A stretch of 64,000 nt of DNA from Squalus acanthias (lineage: Eukaryota), in assembly GCA_030390025.1 (NCBI GenBank), contig CM059433.1:20090001-20154000 (forward strand), in the 5' to 3' direction. Under the pieces are notes generated by a model. The model was given only the letters and a program-made list of their open reading frames with translations, was not told where the DNA came from and did no database searches. Positions 61,385 to 64,000 of the stretch are shown here, piece after piece. How positions within the stretch are numbered: position 1 is the stretch's first letter; each line of letters starts with the position of its first letter. The translations under genes and the position numbers were made by a program.

Positions 61385-62140
61385 CCCTGGTTCACCACTT
61401 GAACGGCCCCTCGTTTTCTCACTTTGACCTATTCATCTTTGGTCTCCAACACTATTCCAGTGAAGCCCAACGCAAGCTTCAAGAACAGTGCCTCATCTTT
61501 CTGCAGGGCGCATTGCTGTACCCTTCACACAGCAGTGGGTGCTTGCAGTGTTGGGAGGGTCTGTCAGTGTCTCTTAGGAGGAGAGGTGGGTTGACATTTA
61601 GATCAGCAATCCTTTGTCAAATCACAGTACTTAGCAGGGGTCTGAGCCTCTGATGTGGACACATTTCTTTCCTCATGATTGGCAGATCCACCATGCTTTG
61701 CTTGTGTTTTCTGTTTAATTTCTACTGCATTCCCAGTTTTTCTATTCTTTATTGTTTCTTTCTCACGTTTTTGTTGTACGTGGACCTCTTTTATGTCTTT
61801 TCATCCCCCCTCACACACACAATTTTTACACATTCTTTTGTCCTTTCTATAAGTCTGCATTATTTCACTAATACCTTTCATACCACCGAACTGTTTGCTA
61901 TTTAGCAGTTTGCAGGTAATCTAGCACATTAGGTCCCTCGCCGTGATTGAAGTATTTCTTGATTCTGTCCCCCTCCCATTTTCTCTTCATTTTTCCGACC
62001 TTATTAAAATGCCTGCTTATCTCTCAGCCTTCACATCCAAAAGCTCTCATTTTTCTTCATGGACGCGACTGACCTTGTACAAAGTTCCAGCATTTTTTAT
62101 TTGTACTTCAGATTTCCAGCTTTAGCAGCTCTTCCTTTCG
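61385..62140 (+). mobile_element. Old Penelope 3' remnant
   Basis: HHLNGPSFSHFDLFIFGLQHYSSEAQRKLQEQCLIF (GIY-YIG C-terminus), plus a decayed pLTR tail TTCCAGCATTTTTT..TTCAGATTTCCAGC near 62085-62120. Confidence 0.65.
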
Positions 62141-62536
62141 ATTTTATAAAATGTATCTTTGTTGTTTTGTATCTATGTCTGCCTGCCAAAAACACACCCC
62201 ATAGCTTGTTTCCATGGAATTCTCTGCAGGGCGATTTTATGTGATGACCGACTAAAAATGCAATTCCAACTGCGGTCATGTGTTAAACAGTCTGGTTGAA
62301 TTATTTGAAGGCCATCAAGAGGAGACACGATCCCCAGCCATTATCCTGCTGTTTACTCCAATTTCATTTCCTTGACTGCTCCAAAAAAGTTACCTGAATT
62401 TCAATGGGGAAGATGTCCTTATTCAACAAGACTCACCTTGTGCTCTTCTGTTTTCTATTCATCTTTGTCATTTTATGTATGGATGATGTACCAAGCTCTG
62501 CAAGTATCACTTACATGGTTACTACCAGAAACCGTT

Positions 62537-62949
62537 GGGGGAGAAATTGAACAGGTTGTTTTCAGACAAACTCAGTGGAATATTGGGACTGGCGGTCAGA
62601 AAAACAAGGCACAACCAAAAAAAGGCCAGTGTCCACCTCTTCTGCATTGGCAGCAAATTCTGTCTGGTGGGAGGGTAGTGGCCGCTTTTTTTGTCTGCCC
62701 CCACGACATCCCAGTAGCAGTTTGGAGGCATGTCTGGGAGATATTCTTGGGCTGTCCAAGGAATCCTGTCAGAAATTCCTCTGGCCAAATATTAACTCCT
62801 ATTAATGAGAACCTGTGTAGGTTCCATTTTGAGCGCCCACAGCGAGTCAATAGAAGCCAATAGAAATGAAAATTGGGAGCGATGTATAACGGGCGACAGA
62901 TCCGGTATCACCCGTTTCACTCTTAACGGCAAAAGTTAAAATGACCCCC
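62537..62949. mobile_element. MITE
   Basis: TIRs GGGGGAGAAATTGAAC / GTTAAAATGACCCCC. Confidence 0.6.
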
Positions 62950-64000
62950 TAAGGGATCGCTTGCCGTTGGACAAAGCCCTTAGGTTAAGGAAGAGCACTT
63001 AGTAAAAATGTTGCCACTTTTCTATCTATGTCTTGACCACCCTCTAGGTGCATTCTCAGATCACGTTGGTTCGATGGTGCAGACGTCCCTGTTGCACCAC
63101 TGCAGGAGCAGGCACTGCCCCTATTGAAATCACCCTGTGCCCAGGATTTGGGACTAGGCCATGGTGGGATGAAAACGGCAGGATGAAATTCTGCCGTGCC
63201 GCACTTTTGGCGGCGCCATAGCACTCCTGGATTTTCTAGACTTGTGTCTTTTCGAAAGTTTGCTAAGGAAAAACTGGATGATCTACAGTCAACCCAACGT
63301 ATGTCATGTTCGTTGCTGACTGTGTTGTATACTGGTCTTTTTACTTAATGATTCACATTATTTGTAAATATGTCTGCCTAGCAGTTTAATCTGTATAAAG
63401 TTATTTAACAGTGTAATATCTTCAGTCGTTTGAACTGACAGGAAAAGCAACGGGCATCAGTTATCAAGCCACTTACATGAATGCAATGCATTGAGGAAAA
63501 TGTCTGAAATATGACCTCTGTATTGCATTGTACCCTTCTACATAAAGCAGCTTCCGGCCTGACACTGCAGACAGGAAGGTAAATGCATGAAGGTCTTATT
63601 GCCCAGTTCTTCCAGTGAGTATTGTAATTGGACAATAATACTTTCTTTTGGACACTTCTACAATCACGGAACTACTATTTGCTATCCCTGTTCGGTTTTT
63701 GGGGTGTACTGTATACATTTTGTAGTATAGCTTTTGGACAATGAACACTTTACTTTTCTACACAGTGATGACTAGTTATAGCAACAATGAACTCATTTGA
63801 TTAAATGTGCAGTGCAGGCAGCATACTGTGTTTGGCTGTAATGTTTGCTCTTTGTGCATCTTGAGCTTCTGTGACCCTGTAATGATCCTGAGCACTCCCC
63901 GGGCAGCAGGAGCGGCACCTTCTGAAATGACACTCCATGTCACTTCCGTAGGGCTTCATGATCACACACAACTGCCATTGGCATAAATGCCAACCAGCTG

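Noticed and set aside
1..64000. Prokaryotic-type systems (operons, CRISPR, retrons, defence islands)
   Set aside because: Low coding density and vertebrate LINE/SINE content. All RTs belong to eukaryotic retroelements, and there are no regularly spaced repeat-spacer arrays.

Overview
This window is eukaryotic genomic DNA, almost certainly from a cartilaginous fish (shark/ray). That assignment is inferred from the repeat complement: a Deu-domain SacSINE1-like SINE, an HE1-like V-SINE, CR1/L2/RTE LINEs, Penelope elements and Harbinger derivatives. I found no host protein-coding exon, rRNA, true tRNA or CRISPR array; the window is a layered transposon graveyard. Best-supported items: (1) a complete, recently inserted but disabled Ty3/Gypsy provirus of the CsRn1/Kabuki/Boudicca type (239-bp LTRs, AAAG TSD, tRNA-Trp PBS, CHCC Gag motif) at 11833-16182; (2) a Penelope-like element with ~595-bp inverted pseudo-LTRs, each carrying a minimal hammerhead ribozyme, which together with a MITE sits inside a Harbinger transposase whose reading frame can be rebuilt across both junctions (57190-61015); (3) a dense set of PIF/Harbinger derivatives: Myb/SANT and DDE remnants plus more than 10 MITEs, several with convergent splice-donor pairs at their centre or only the two ORF starts retained; (4) an unclassified dispersed repeat with a 49/50-identical core in two copies 39.6 kb apart. 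All family names come from recalled motif similarity, not from database searches, and boundaries of degraded elements are approximate.
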